From: a virus
Reading direction: 5' to 3' (one strand)
Virus record (IMG/VR): IMGVR_UViG_2928010679_000002
DNA: 64,000 bases
This document shows positions 1 through 9,107 of this stretch, piece after piece. The notes under the pieces were generated by a model. The model did no database searches, was not told where the DNA came from, and saw only the letters and a program-made list of their open reading frames with translations. The position numbers and the translations under genes are program-made. Within the stretch, counting starts at the first letter, position 1. The number at the start of each line of letters is the position of its first letter.

Positions 1-570
1 GCGCTGCGGCGTCTGCTCGCCCAGCCACTTCAGGAATCGCGCAAGCACGGCGGGATCTGGCGCCTCGGTGCGTGCCTCGCTGCCGTGCGGCTCGACTCCG
101 ATGGTGCTGTTGATCGTGCACACGCCGAGCTTGATGGCGTGGCCGAAAAGCCGCGAAAGCAGGCTTTTTTCGATGTCGGCGCGCCGGGGCGACCCCGCGC
201 GCTCGATGTGCACATAGTGCGCCACCACGGTGGTGGTGATTTCGGTCATGTGCATGTGGCCGAGCCGATCGTCGATCTGCTTCCACGCCAGCGCGTAGTC
301 ATCCCGGGTGCCTTGTGTAAGTTTTTTCCAACGTGGCGACTCTTGGAACCTGGTCCACACCCATCGGAGGGTGCCCATGCCGTCCCCAGGCGCTCCGCCG
401 TTCATGTCCAACACCTTGCGCAGCGCGGCCGCGAGGTCCGTCCCGAGGTTGATCGGCTTGCCACCGACCGGATGGAACCGGTAGGTGACCGTTTTGCCGT
501 TGGACCACGGCCGGGCCTCCATGCGCGGCAGCAGCCCGGCCGCCGACGCGCGATCTCGAACCCTGCCCAT
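1..570 (-). CDS. int: Phage integrase (tyrosine recombinase), N-terminal 190 aa, continues beyond the window start
   Basis: Manual translation from ATG at 570: MGRVRDRASAAGLLPRMEARPWSNGKTVTYRFHPVGGKPINLGTD...WKKLTQGTRDDY...; open to position 1; start overlaps the stop of the upstream small gene; catalytic domain not in window. Confidence 0.8.
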   Translation of the reverse strand, partial: MGRVRDRASAAGLLPRMEARPWSNGKTVTYRFHPVGGKPINLGTDLAAALRKVLDMNGGAPGDGMGTLRWVWTRFQESPRWKKLTQGTRDDYALAWKQIDDRLGHMHMTEITTTVVAHYVHIERAGSPRRADIEKSLLSRLFGHAIKLGVCTINSTIGVEPHGSEARTEAPDPAVLARFLKWLGEQTPQR

Positions 571-818
571 CAGCGTGCTCCCACCGGTGTTTTCCAGCGC
601 GGACCGTTGCTCGCAGCTGGCGGCGTCGATGTAGCGGCAGGACCATACAGGCGCGCCCACTCGATGCGCGCTACTAGAGGCCTGCCGTTGGGCCTCCGGT
701 CGACGCGGAGCCCGAGCCGGCGCAGATGGCGCACCTTGGCCGCGTTCTGGGTCAGACCGTGGCAGATCAGGTCGATTTCTTCGTCGCTCATGTCGGGGCG
801 ATTCGGGTCTGTAGTCAT
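570..818 (-). CDS. DUF4224-like small protein, probable excisionase/recombination directionality factor
   Basis: 82 aa, ...EEIDLICHGLTQNAAKVRHLRRLGLRVDRRPNGRPLVAR; translationally coupled to the integrase. Confidence 0.7.
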   Translation of the reverse strand: MTTDPNRPDMSDEEIDLICHGLTQNAAKVRHLRRLGLRVDRRPNGRPLVARIEWARLYGPAATSTPPAASNGPRWKTPVGAR

Positions 819-842
819 GTAAAAAAATGCAAAAGTGCCGGA

Positions 843-1046
843 TCAGACTTCTTGAGTGTTGCCCTCGGAAGGCGCCGTGGTGGGTTCCGGGTCGCCGCAG
901 ATCCAGACCAGGTCGGCGCGCGGCAGCGTGCGCTCTGCGGGGAACGGCCAGCCGGGTGTATGAGTGCGAAGCAGCACCAGGTCGCCGGTGCGCTCCAGTT
1001 CAACGCCGAACGCGTCTTCGCCTTTCACCTTGAAAGTGCGCGTCAC
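843..1046 (-). CDS. Hypothetical phage protein
   Basis: GTG at 1046 overlaps upstream TGA; TRTFKVKGEDAFGVELERTGDLVLLRTHTPGWPFP. Confidence 0.55.
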   Translation of the reverse strand: MTRTFKVKGEDAFGVELERTGDLVLLRTHTPGWPFPAERTLPRADLVWICGDPEPTTAPSEGNTQEV

Positions 1047-1342
1047 GCGGTGGCTCCCCGGTGCGGCTGCTCGTAGGGGCTGCGGACCCGGCTCCGCTTC
1101 GCATAGAGCGCCGCGCGCGTGAGCGGCGGTCGCGGCATGTTCGCGCCGGGGCCCGCGAAGTAGATGGCGATCGGCTTTCCTCCGCGCGGCTGCTGCAGCC
1201 AGTCGCCTATGTGGGCTTCGCGCCCGGCCAGCACCAGGGTGCCGAGCTCGATGCTCACGGTCTTGATGCTGCGCTGCACACGCTGGGCGATCTGCGCTTG
1301 CGTGCCTGGCATCGCGCTGATGATGGTGGCGCGGCAGCTCAT
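1043..1342 (-). CDS. Hypothetical phage protein (possible HTH)
   Basis: 99 aa ORF coupled to both neighbours by 4-nt overlaps. Confidence 0.6.
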   Translation of the reverse strand: MSCRATIISAMPGTQAQIAQRVQRSIKTVSIELGTLVLAGREAHIGDWLQQPRGGKPIAIYFAGPGANMPRPPLTRAALYAKRSRVRSPYEQPHRGATA

Positions 1343-1632
1343 GTGCCGGCCCCGGCAAGGTACGCATCAATGGCGCGGCAGACCACGATGCGGTCGTCGC
1401 TGTGAATCGCGTCGCGGCCGATGCCCTCGACCGTGCGCCAGATGCCGACCTGAGAGCCAGGCTTTCTGCGGTTGTCGAAGATCACGGGTACACCACGATA
1501 GAGCCAGCGGTTCACGTCGCCTGTCGGCTGCATGGTGAAGTCTTCGCCCCCGGCGCGCGCGGGGCAGACGGGCGGCGCCGAGGGTTTCGGCGCAGCGGCC
1601 GGCTCAATGTCTGCAAAGAGGTCGAAGGTCAT
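1339..1632 (-). CDS. Hypothetical phage protein
   Basis: 97 aa ORF MTFDLFADIEP..., coupled overlaps. Confidence 0.6.
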   Translation of the reverse strand: MTFDLFADIEPAAAPKPSAPPVCPARAGGEDFTMQPTGDVNRWLYRGVPVIFDNRRKPGSQVGIWRTVEGIGRDAIHSDDRIVVCRAIDAYLAGAGT

Positions 1633-2702
1633 GGGCCGGCTCTCTCTGCCCGCGGCTGCACGGCCGGCGAGAGGGCGGTGGGCAATGGCGAATGCTTTGG
1701 CTTGGCGGCCTGCTTCGCGCGAATCTTCGCGGTGATGTCTGGCGCATTGATCCGCGCCAGTTCAGTTTCGCCCGCGGCGTGCATGTCGAGGCCTTGCGCC
1801 AGACACAGCGCGGCGAGCGTGACCATGACGCCGCCGACCTCCTGCGCCTTCTCGCCCACCGGCCGCGCGAAGACATAGTCGACAAGCTGGTGCGCTTCGC
1901 TGGCAGTGCAGCCGCAGGCCTGCACCAGCTCGAGCGCCTCTTCGATGAACCGGTGATTTCGCTCCTCGCGGTCGCCGGCAATCATTTCGCCGAAGCATGC
2001 CAGCAGCCAAGGCTGCACGCGCTTCTGAAACGGCTGCTCGCCCTTGAGCGCTGCGACGATGCGGCGCTGCTCGCTGCCGGCATGGATGACTGCGAGCAGC
2101 CTGTCGTCGGTGACAGCGCGCACCTCGGTGTCAGCATAGAGAGCGTTGAACTTCCACGCCGCGTTCATCGCCGCCGCCTGCTGCACGGGCGCATCGACGC
2201 TATCGCCTGCGGGAGGGGCTTCTTCCTCATCGCGCAAAGGGGTTCCGCGCAGGGCCATGGCCGCTACGGTGCCGTCTTCAACGGTGGCGGTGCCGGCCTC
2301 GTCGCACCAGAAGTTCGACGGCTCGCCGCTCACGGTGTCCCACGCGTCTTCTTCGGCGATGTTGAAGTGGCTGCGGTCGGCGTAGAACTGGAGCGCTTCG
2401 CGCCAGCCTTCCGGCTCTGCCCGCTGCACGGTGGTGGGCTGGGTGAGGGCGGCGCGGTGGCCTTCCACGTAGGCGTCCGCGCTCTCACCTGGATACTCGT
2501 GACCATGGGTACGCGCCCATGCCCGGCCGACTTCACGAAGCGCTTCGCTCGAGACGTCCGGTGTTGCGGCGATTAGCGCGAGGCCCTTCATGTCGAGCTG
2601 ACCGTGATAGATCGCGTGGTCGTAGCCTGCTGCGCGCAGCAACTGCGCGATTTCTGCGTGCGCGGCCGGGCTGATTTCCAAGAGGGCGGAGGTATGCGTC
2701 AT
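1629..2702 (-). CDS. Early phage protein with C-terminal MazG-like (all-alpha NTP pyrophosphatase) domain
   Basis: Start ATG 2702 overlaps upstream TGA; C-terminal ERNHRFIEEALELVQA...GEKAQEVGGVMVTLAALC acidic helical motifs. Confidence 0.6.
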   Translation of the reverse strand: MTHTSALLEISPAAHAEIAQLLRAAGYDHAIYHGQLDMKGLALIAATPDVSSEALREVGRAWARTHGHEYPGESADAYVEGHRAALTQPTTVQRAEPEGWREALQFYADRSHFNIAEEDAWDTVSGEPSNFWCDEAGTATVEDGTVAAMALRGTPLRDEEEAPPAGDSVDAPVQQAAAMNAAWKFNALYADTEVRAVTDDRLLAVIHAGSEQRRIVAALKGEQPFQKRVQPWLLACFGEMIAGDREERNHRFIEEALELVQACGCTASEAHQLVDYVFARPVGEKAQEVGGVMVTLAALCLAQGLDMHAAGETELARINAPDITAKIRAKQAAKPKHSPLPTALSPAVQPRAERAGP

Positions 2703-3385
2703 GCTGCTTTTTCCTTCTGGTGATGGGCGATCCACTGCTGCACAGCGCGAGCGGCGGCGACATAGGCTTCGCTGGGGGTTTTCGTGATCTCTTGGCCGGG
2801 CCGGTAGGTCCGCCAGATGTCGTCGCGCAGCGCCTTCGGCAGCGTGAACCAGTGCGGGCTGCAGCCCCACATGGCGGGCGGAACCGCTCGTGAGCAGCCG
2901 GGCCAGTGGCAGGTGTGGCGGTGTGCCGGCGCGGCGCCGCGGGCTTTGATGGCCGCAAGGACGGCGCGGCACTGGTCGACGCCGAACCACCCGATATGGC
3001 ATTCCGCGACGTTCTCGATGCCCAGCGCGGCCGCGAGCCAGCCGTAGGCGGCCGTGCGGGTCATCTGCGCACCGTCGCCTTCCCACAGCGGGTTGAAGGC
3101 TGCTTTCGCCTCCTTCCGGGCCGCGCGGATCTCGGGCGTGGCCAAGGTGCCGAGCGGAATGCCGGTGAACGGGTGCAGGCCGACGTAGGAGTCGCAGCCT
3201 GTGCACATCAGGGCCCAGGGCCACTCGCCATACTCGCGGCCGCCGTAGATGGTGGCGTTCGAGCCGATCCAGACTTTGGAGCCGCAAGTCGGGCAGCAGT
3301 CCGGTACCGGCAGCGGGTTTTTCACGCGCGCGGTGGCGCGGCGCGATGGATTCCAAGGGGTGATGGGCTCGTGTGGCGCAGTCAC
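2699..3385 (-). CDS. DUF3268-like zinc-finger protein with a second Cys/His domain
   Basis: CPTCG...CTGCDSYVGLHPFTGIPLGTLA...CHIGWF, then HTCHWPGC...WGCSPHW; GTG at 3385 coupled to upstream stop. Confidence 0.7.
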   Translation of the reverse strand: MTAPHEPITPWNPSRRATARVKNPLPVPDCCPTCGSKVWIGSNATIYGGREYGEWPWALMCTGCDSYVGLHPFTGIPLGTLATPEIRAARKEAKAAFNPLWEGDGAQMTRTAAYGWLAAALGIENVAECHIGWFGVDQCRAVLAAIKARGAAPAHRHTCHWPGCSRAVPPAMWGCSPHWFTLPKALRDDIWRTYRPGQEITKTPSEAYVAAARAVQQWIAHHQKEKAA

Positions 3386-4125
3386 GGCAACCTCCGGAAC
3401 TCGATCACCCATACCCAGGGATTCGCGGCCCAGGTGCCGTCGCCGTTGATCGATTCCCACAGGAGCGCGTATCCGTTTGCCCAAGGGCGGTTAACGGTCT
3501 TCAGGGGCCAATCGAACAGATCGGCCGGGCCAGGCTCCCCGTCCCACGTCAGGCAGTCGCAGCCTTCGGCCTTTGCGTCCGCTTCGCTGATGTCCTGCAG
3601 GCGCTCGACGCGCACGCCGGTGATTTCGAGCGTGATGCGGCTGGCCCAGCGGAACATGTGAATGCCCGGCTTCCAGCCCTGCCGCGGCCGATCGTCGGCG
3701 TCTAGGTACTCGGGCCGCGGTCCGCCGTCGGCAGCGTAGCGGCAGTACTCCGGCTTCTGGAACGCCAACATGCTGCCTCCGCTCCGTTCAAAGGTGTCGC
3801 CGTCGACGAGCGGGCCTTGCCATGACTCGCGCACCCATAGCCTGTCCCCGATGCCGCCGTAGGGCATCACCTCCGGCACCAGCGCACCGATACCGATCTC
3901 GCCGAGCCGCTTGTGCTGGATGAAGGCGCCGCCGGCGAAAGCGGGGTGCTCTACCGGCTGCGGCTTCACCACACGCCGCGTCTGCGTCTTGCTGCCGTCG
4001 AGCAGCGCGCGCACCATGTGTGCGGAGAACAAGATCGGCCGCTCTACCGCAGTGGTTGCCGGCATCTGAATCGGCTGATACTCGTTGGCTTGGATGCGCC
4101 GGGGGGAGGTGTCGAGAAGTTGCAT
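3382..4125 (-). CDS. ASCH/PUA-like phage protein
   Basis: ERPILFSAHMVRALLDGSKTQTRR...GDRLWVRESW...WKPGIHMFRWASRITLEITGVRVERLQDISEADAKAEG...NPWVWVIEF; start uncertain (4125 or 4065). Confidence 0.75.
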   Translation of the reverse strand: MQLLDTSPRRIQANEYQPIQMPATTAVERPILFSAHMVRALLDGSKTQTRRVVKPQPVEHPAFAGGAFIQHKRLGEIGIGALVPEVMPYGGIGDRLWVRESWQGPLVDGDTFERSGGSMLAFQKPEYCRYAADGGPRPEYLDADDRPRQGWKPGIHMFRWASRITLEITGVRVERLQDISEADAKAEGCDCLTWDGEPGPADLFDWPLKTVNRPWANGYALLWESINGDGTWAANPWVWVIEFRRLP

Positions 4126-4151
4126 ACTCAGATCCTCTGGAGGACGAAGAG

Positions 4152-4799
4152 ATGAAGAGGGAACTGGGAACGACCGGCGCGTCGATCGGCGCGACCGTGC
4201 TCGCATGCCTGTTCGGTGGGTTGGCGCTGGCGATCTATCCAGGCTGGGCGGCAATTGGCCACTGGAGCGAAAGGGCAGACGCTCCAGCTTGGGTACAAGC
4301 GGTGGGGTCTGTTGCAGCAATATTGGCTGCCGTCGGAATCGCTGCATGGCAGCGGCATGCCGACAAGAAAGAAGCGCAAAGGACCGCTCGCGCTACCGTA
4401 ATGGTGGTCGGAGCATCCACCGATTCGAAGGTGCATACGCTGATTGCCACGGCTACAGCAATGCTCGCCGAACACACGCTTCCGGGTCACCCAACGGCAG
4501 TTGAGCGAGCGCGCCACTTTCAAATTCTCTTCGCCAAGGCTGAGTTGCCTACGGAACAGCAAATGCTGCTTTTGGCGGGCGCGGTCCCGAATGCAGCCGC
4601 GACCATGGCCAACGGAGTGGCGGCGTTGAAGAAGGTGATCCTCCTCCTCGACTACGTCGTTTCTGCACCCACACTCACCACGCTCAACGAAAAAAACCTC
4701 TTGGGTCACTATCTCAGCACAAGACAAAACTTGGTCTTGGGCTTGAGATACCTCGAGTCGGCGCGTGCCGAGTTGCTCGCCTTTGCCAACGAGCAATAA
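4152..4799 (+). CDS. Membrane-anchored cargo protein (two N-terminal hydrophobic segments)
   Basis: GGAGGA upstream of ATG 4152; APAWVQAVGSVAAILAAVGIAAWQ segment; opposite strand to the early operon. Confidence 0.7.
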   Translation: MKRELGTTGASIGATVLACLFGGLALAIYPGWAAIGHWSERADAPAWVQAVGSVAAILAAVGIAAWQRHADKKEAQRTARATVMVVGASTDSKVHTLIATATAMLAEHTLPGHPTAVERARHFQILFAKAELPTEQQMLLLAGAVPNAAATMANGVAALKKVILLLDYVVSAPTLTTLNEKNLLGHYLSTRQNLVLGLRYLESARAELLAFANEQ

Positions 4800-5039
4800 A
4801 TGGCCAAGCCGACCCGTACCGCCGCGCAGCTGAAGCAGATGTTGGTCATGCGCATCGAGGCGCTGCCAGGCCTTCGAGGTCAGCAGACCGACGTGCACCG
4901 TGGCGGGGTGATCGGAATCCCAGCGGAGGAAGGCGGGCCCAACTGGACCGTTCGCGTTGTCAGCGACCGAGGCACGCACCGCGCAGACATCGCGCAGATC
5001 ATCCGCACGCTGCAGATGCAGTTCGACCTGGAGGATTGA
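4800..5039 (+). CDS. Hypothetical protein
   Basis: 79 aa ORF starting directly after the stop of 4152..4799. Confidence 0.65.
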   Translation: MAKPTRTAAQLKQMLVMRIEALPGLRGQQTDVHRGGVIGIPAEEGGPNWTVRVVSDRGTHRADIAQIIRTLQMQFDLED

Positions 5040-5090
5040 GGCAGCAGCTGCGGCGCGCGATAGGATGCGCGCCAAACGAGGAGAACCGAA

Positions 5091-5702
5091 ATGTCTGCGC
5101 CCGAGTACTGCTTTCTCTGGATCGATTGGTGGCCGCTGTGCATGACCAAAGCGGAGTGGTCGGGCTGGGTGCAGGCGATTGGAGCCGTGATCGCCATCCT
5201 CGCTGGAGCCTACGCCGTTTGGTACCAGGTCCGAAAGGCTCGGGTTGCCACATTGGAGTTCCAGCGTGCAGATGACGTCCGAAAGCTGAAGCTGATCGCG
5301 GTCGCCAACCTCGGGTGCATCCAGGCGCTGAAAGTAGCCAGGCTCCAAGTAGCTGACATTCAATTGTTCACAAGAACGTTTGAGGGTTTCCAAGCCCAGT
5401 GCGACGTCCTCGCCGAGGTACCGCTTCTTGAAATCCCTGATGTCTGGGTGGCGATGATTAAAAGCCGCGCAGTACAAGAGCGAGAGCGCTTGTCCGAGAA
5501 GATCGCGGCTGCACATAGTGCCAATGCGAGGATCGACGCGATTGAGTTGTCGCTCCGCGAGTTCGTTGAATGCGAGCGGGTTGTCGGTGCTGCTTTGGCT
5601 CAGCATGGAGCTGAACTTCCATACAGCACGCTCGTCGGTGCAGGAGGTATGGTCCTGCACCAAAGGCCCGACAGCTTTGAGCTCAAGGTGAGCCCCGGCT
5701 GA
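5091..5702 (+). CDS. Membrane-anchored cargo protein
   Basis: GAGGAG RBS; WSGWVQAIGAVIAILAGAYAVWYQ hydrophobic segment resembling that of 4152..4799. Confidence 0.7.
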   Translation: MSAPEYCFLWIDWWPLCMTKAEWSGWVQAIGAVIAILAGAYAVWYQVRKARVATLEFQRADDVRKLKLIAVANLGCIQALKVARLQVADIQLFTRTFEGFQAQCDVLAEVPLLEIPDVWVAMIKSRAVQERERLSEKIAAAHSANARIDAIELSLREFVECERVVGAALAQHGAELPYSTLVGAGGMVLHQRPDSFELKVSPG

Positions 5703-5761
5703 CCTCTCCCGGCCATTCACGCGTCGCGCCTGCGCCAGGAACACTCGAGCTATGTGCCGGT

Positions 5762-5953
5762 TCACGCGGCACCGCCGATCGCTTGAGGCTGCGGATCGAG
5801 CTCGGCCAGCGCCCAGCGGAGCGCCGTGAGTTCGGCCTCGTCGTAGCTCAGCCGCTTCTCCACAGCTGCCTCGATCCGGCGCTGCAGGTGCGCTGCGCGG
5901 CGGCGCAGCATGCCGAGCCGCCGAGCGCGCTTCTTTTCGGAAATCGCGTGCAT
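5762..5953 (-). CDS. Hypothetical phage protein
   Basis: 63 aa basic/helical ORF in the early operon. Confidence 0.6.
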   Translation of the reverse strand: MHAISEKKRARRLGMLRRRAAHLQRRIEAAVEKRLSYDEAELTALRWALAELDPQPQAIGGAA

Positions 5954-5955
5954 GG

Positions 5956-6243
5956 TCAGGCCGCCTGCGTCGCCGCGAACTTTTTAAACGGCAGCGACTT
6001 GATGCGCTGGCCGAAGAAAGTGCCGATGGACTCGGCGGCGAGGAAGTCGGCGTGCAGCTGCGGCTCGACGTTCTGGTACTGGTAGACGGTGCCGGGCCCG
6101 CGCGTGAAGGTCGCGGCGAGGGTCTTGCTCGCAGCGTCGTAGCCGATGGAGGCCAACTGGTTCGACTTCACCGGCTGCATCGCGATAACGATGAGCTCGG
6201 CCTCGCCGATGGGAGCCGGGGAGACGGAAGAGGGCTTGGACAT
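5956..6243 (-). CDS. KTSC domain protein
   Basis: MQPVKSNQLASIGYDAASKTLAATFTRGPGTVYQYQNVEPQLHADFLAAESIGTFF fits the KTSC pattern. Confidence 0.85.
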   Translation of the reverse strand: MSKPSSVSPAPIGEAELIVIAMQPVKSNQLASIGYDAASKTLAATFTRGPGTVYQYQNVEPQLHADFLAAESIGTFFGQRIKSLPFKKFAATQAA

Positions 6244-6265
6244 GGGTGCTCCTGTCGGTAATGGA

Positions 6266-7363
6266 TCAGGCCGCCAGCGGCTGCATATGCGCGGCCTTCG
6301 CCTCGGCGGCGCGGCGCGCGATGGCGTCGCAGATTTGCGGGAACTGGTGCTCGTGATAGAGCGTGGCGCCGCGCTCGCGGGCTGCGGGCTCGATGCCGAG
6401 AATGCGCAGCTGCTCGGCGGTCATGGTCCAGCCGAGGCGCGCGGCGATGTCGCCGATGCGGAGCGTGGGAGTGGTCACGGCGGCGGATTCGTTTGCCGCA
6501 GGCGCGACGGGAAGCGGCTGCTGGACTGGGGCTGGCGCGGCAACAGGATCGCGCATCGCGCGACCGGCCGAGTAGCTGGCCAGCGTCGGCCGCGGGCGCA
6601 CCGGCTCGGCCTCTTGGCGCTGCTCTTCGACCTGATCGGCTGGCGCGTCGGTCGGCTCTGCTGCCGGCGCCGCGGCGGGCTGCTGGCGCTTCAGTTCGTC
6701 GAGTTGGGCCTGCAGCCGTTCGTTCTCCAGGCGCAGCGCCTCTGCTGCGGCGCGCTCGCGCGCTTCGGCGATCATCTTTTCCAGCGCGCGGATGGTCGCG
6801 TCCTTCTGTGCCGAGGCGCGCACTGCGAAGTCCGCGAAGACTTCCGCGCTCACGTCGATTTCCCGCACGTAGGCCAACCCGGCTTCGATGCGTTCGATGG
6901 GCAGCCCCTCGGCCATGACGACGTAGCCCTCGATCTTGGCGATGGCGTCCAGGTGCTTCTGCTTGCGCTCGGCTTCGATGCGCTCGCGCTCGGCCTTCTC
7001 CTCGGCCAGCTTCTTCTCGTGCGCCTTGATCTGGCCGTCGATGAAGGTTTCGACGGGCTCCACGATTTCGATCAAGCGCGTGGCCTCGTCTTCGATGACC
7101 TTCTTGCAGTCGTTGAGCTGGTCCTTCGTCTTGTCGCGCAGGCGCTGAACCGCGAACCGACCGGACTCGCGCAGCTCCAGGCGCGCGTCCTTGGCGGCCT
7201 TGAAGCCCTTGGGCGTGCTCATGTCGAAGACGACGTTGCGGTGGCGATCTGCCAGCGTGGTGACATCGGTCTCCAGTGGGGAGAAGAGAGCCAGGGCCGC
7301 CTGGGCGATGGAGTGCGGCTTGACGGCTACTTCGTTGGGGGTGGGGGTGGATACCTCGGACAT
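6266..7363 (-). CDS. Coiled-coil early phage protein
   Basis: VFDMSTPKGFKAAKDARLELR... followed by long E/K/A-rich heptads; GAGAGG upstream of ATG 7363. Confidence 0.7.
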   Translation of the reverse strand: MSEVSTPTPNEVAVKPHSIAQAALALFSPLETDVTTLADRHRNVVFDMSTPKGFKAAKDARLELRESGRFAVQRLRDKTKDQLNDCKKVIEDEATRLIEIVEPVETFIDGQIKAHEKKLAEEKAERERIEAERKQKHLDAIAKIEGYVVMAEGLPIERIEAGLAYVREIDVSAEVFADFAVRASAQKDATIRALEKMIAEARERAAAEALRLENERLQAQLDELKRQQPAAAPAAEPTDAPADQVEEQRQEAEPVRPRPTLASYSAGRAMRDPVAAPAPVQQPLPVAPAANESAAVTTPTLRIGDIAARLGWTMTAEQLRILGIEPAARERGATLYHEHQFPQICDAIARRAAEAKAAHMQPLAA

Positions 7364-7371
7364 AGGGCCTC

Positions 7372-8295
7372 TCAAAAGGGGTTGTCGACAACTGCATGGC
7401 CGCGTGCGGGCGCGGTGGGCTCGGGGAAGAGGGAGAACGTGGGTGCGGGCGCCGGAGCTGGCGCAGCGCTCGCTGCGGGTGCCGCGGGTGCATCTGCCGG
7501 CGCGACCTTGGGAGCTCCGGACATCTTTGCGGGCGTGCGCAGCACCTCGAGGTGGCTGTCCACCAGCCGCATGAAGCCGATCAGGTCGGCTTCAAGGGCG
7601 GCGATGGCCTCCTCATTGCGGTAGATGCGCTTAACGAACAGGTCTTTGCCGACCGGTTCGAGCCATGGGCAATAGACCACCAGGTCGCACCACTGGCGCC
7701 CCGTGATCCAGAGCCCGCCGTTGATCTGGTCGATGTATTCGAGGTGCGCCGTTTCGGGGCTGGCCCAGACCTGCCCCAGCTTGTCGCACGAGAACGGGCA
7801 TTTGATTTCGACCATGCCTTCGTCGTCGATCAGGCCGTCGGACGAGTACCCGAACCGCTCGTCATCGGTCAGGATCAGGCTGACCTCCTCAACCAGCGCG
7901 CCCGTACGCTTCTCGTAGACCATGCGCGCCCTGGGTTCGAGATCCCGCCCGCGGCGCATTGCGTACGTGACGAATGTGTCGTCGAGCGGTTCGCGGCTGA
8001 TCGTTTCGAAGGCCACGAGCCAGGCGTACTTGATCGCCGCGGCGCCGGGCTCTTCCGTCGGCTCGCCGTTCAGCGCCTTGGCGATGGCGCCCGCCACCGG
8101 CTTGGTCTTGTAACCGGCCTTGGCGCGCGCATCAGGCTCATCCATGCCCAGCTGCAGCGCTTCGACATAGAGGCGCTGCTGGTCGGTCAGGCCGCCCACC
8201 TTCTCGCGCGCCTCGCTGAAACGGGAGGCCGTGGCCACGCCACAGCGTGCCCGCAGCCAGTCTTCGCTGCCCTGGGTGTAGTTCAGCAGGATCAC
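7372..8295 (-). CDS. Lambda-exonuclease/YqaJ family recombination nuclease
   Basis: QGSEDWLRARCGVATASRF...MRRGRDLEPRAR...GYSSDGLI...VEIKCP...Q...GLWITGRQWCDLVVY. Confidence 0.92.
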   Translation of the reverse strand: MILLNYTQGSEDWLRARCGVATASRFSEAREKVGGLTDQQRLYVEALQLGMDEPDARAKAGYKTKPVAGAIAKALNGEPTEEPGAAAIKYAWLVAFETISREPLDDTFVTYAMRRGRDLEPRARMVYEKRTGALVEEVSLILTDDERFGYSSDGLIDDEGMVEIKCPFSCDKLGQVWASPETAHLEYIDQINGGLWITGRQWCDLVVYCPWLEPVGKDLFVKRIYRNEEAIAALEADLIGFMRLVDSHLEVLRTPAKMSGAPKVAPADAPAAPAASAAPAPAPAPTFSLFPEPTAPARGHAVVDNPF

Positions 8296-9107
8296 GAGGG
8301 GCGACCTCCTGCCTTCAGCTTCCGGCGGTGGGCGATGACTGCGTCCTTGAACTCGGTGTAGAGGTCGCGGCGCTTCGTATCCGCCAACGCGATGCAACCT
8401 TCTGCCCACAGCGACGCGGCTTCGCCATCGGTCTTGGTGCCCTGGAGGCGATGGAACAGCGAATCGGCGAGGCGATCCGCATCACTGACCTGCCGCGGGT
8501 CGTTGGGGCCGGGGCCGGCCCCGTTGCCGTCGTCGTCGTTCTCCCCGATGGCCACGTTGAAGATCAGCTTCAGCAGGTAGCGCTGGCCATAAGTCATGGC
8601 CGAGCCGAAGGCGTGGGTTTTGGTCATCACGTCGCCGCCCTTGGCGCCCTTGCCGTCGGCGGGCATGTCGCACTTGTAGGTGCGCATGTGGCCGGCCGCG
8701 TGCGAGACGTAGCAGAGGATTCGGACGTGGCCCGCCTGGTCGCTGGTGGCGGTGTCGAAGCTGAGCGCGAAGCCGTTCTTCGTGTAGATCGGGCGCAGGG
8801 CGCGGTTGAGCTGCGCGTAGCTGGCGTAAGTGCTGCGGGTCTGCGGATTGACCGCGTCAGCCGAAATTGGACCCATGGCGGCCTGGGCCTTTGTCATCGC
8901 CGCGTTGAACTTCTGCTCGTTGGCGCGGGCGTGCATGCGTTCGTGCATGCTCAACAGCCGCTCCATCTTGTCGATGTCGACGTTCGGGTCGTTGGCCGCC
9001 GCCGTGATGGCGTGCATGACCGTCGCAATCTCGTTGCGCGGCGGGAGGACCACATGCGCTTGCGGCGCGAGAACCTCCGGCTCTGGGCGGGCGAGTGCGG
9101 CTGTCAC
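8292..9107 (-). CDS. erf: ERF family single-strand annealing protein
   Basis: DIDKMERLL...FNAAMTKAQ...YASYAQLNRALRPIYTKNGF...HAFGSAMTYGQRYLLKLIFNVAIGENDDDGN; adjacent to exonuclease. Confidence 0.88.
   Translation of the reverse strand: MTAALARPEPEVLAPQAHVVLPPRNEIATVMHAITAAANDPNVDIDKMERLLSMHERMHARANEQKFNAAMTKAQAAMGPISADAVNPQTRSTYASYAQLNRALRPIYTKNGFALSFDTATSDQAGHVRILCYVSHAAGHMRTYKCDMPADGKGAKGGDVMTKTHAFGSAMTYGQRYLLKLIFNVAIGENDDDGNGAGPGPNDPRQVSDADRLADSLFHRLQGTKTDGEAASLWAEGCIALADTKRRDLYTEFKDAVIAHRRKLKAGGRPS

Noticed and set aside
85-822. 245-aa plus-strand ORF
   Set aside because: Shadow of the integrase and DUF4224-like gene on the minus strand
4128-5765. 545-aa minus-strand ORF spanning the membrane-gene insert
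   Set aside because: Antisense to three RBS-bearing plus-strand genes; only the first ~20 codons look like a real (truncated) gene
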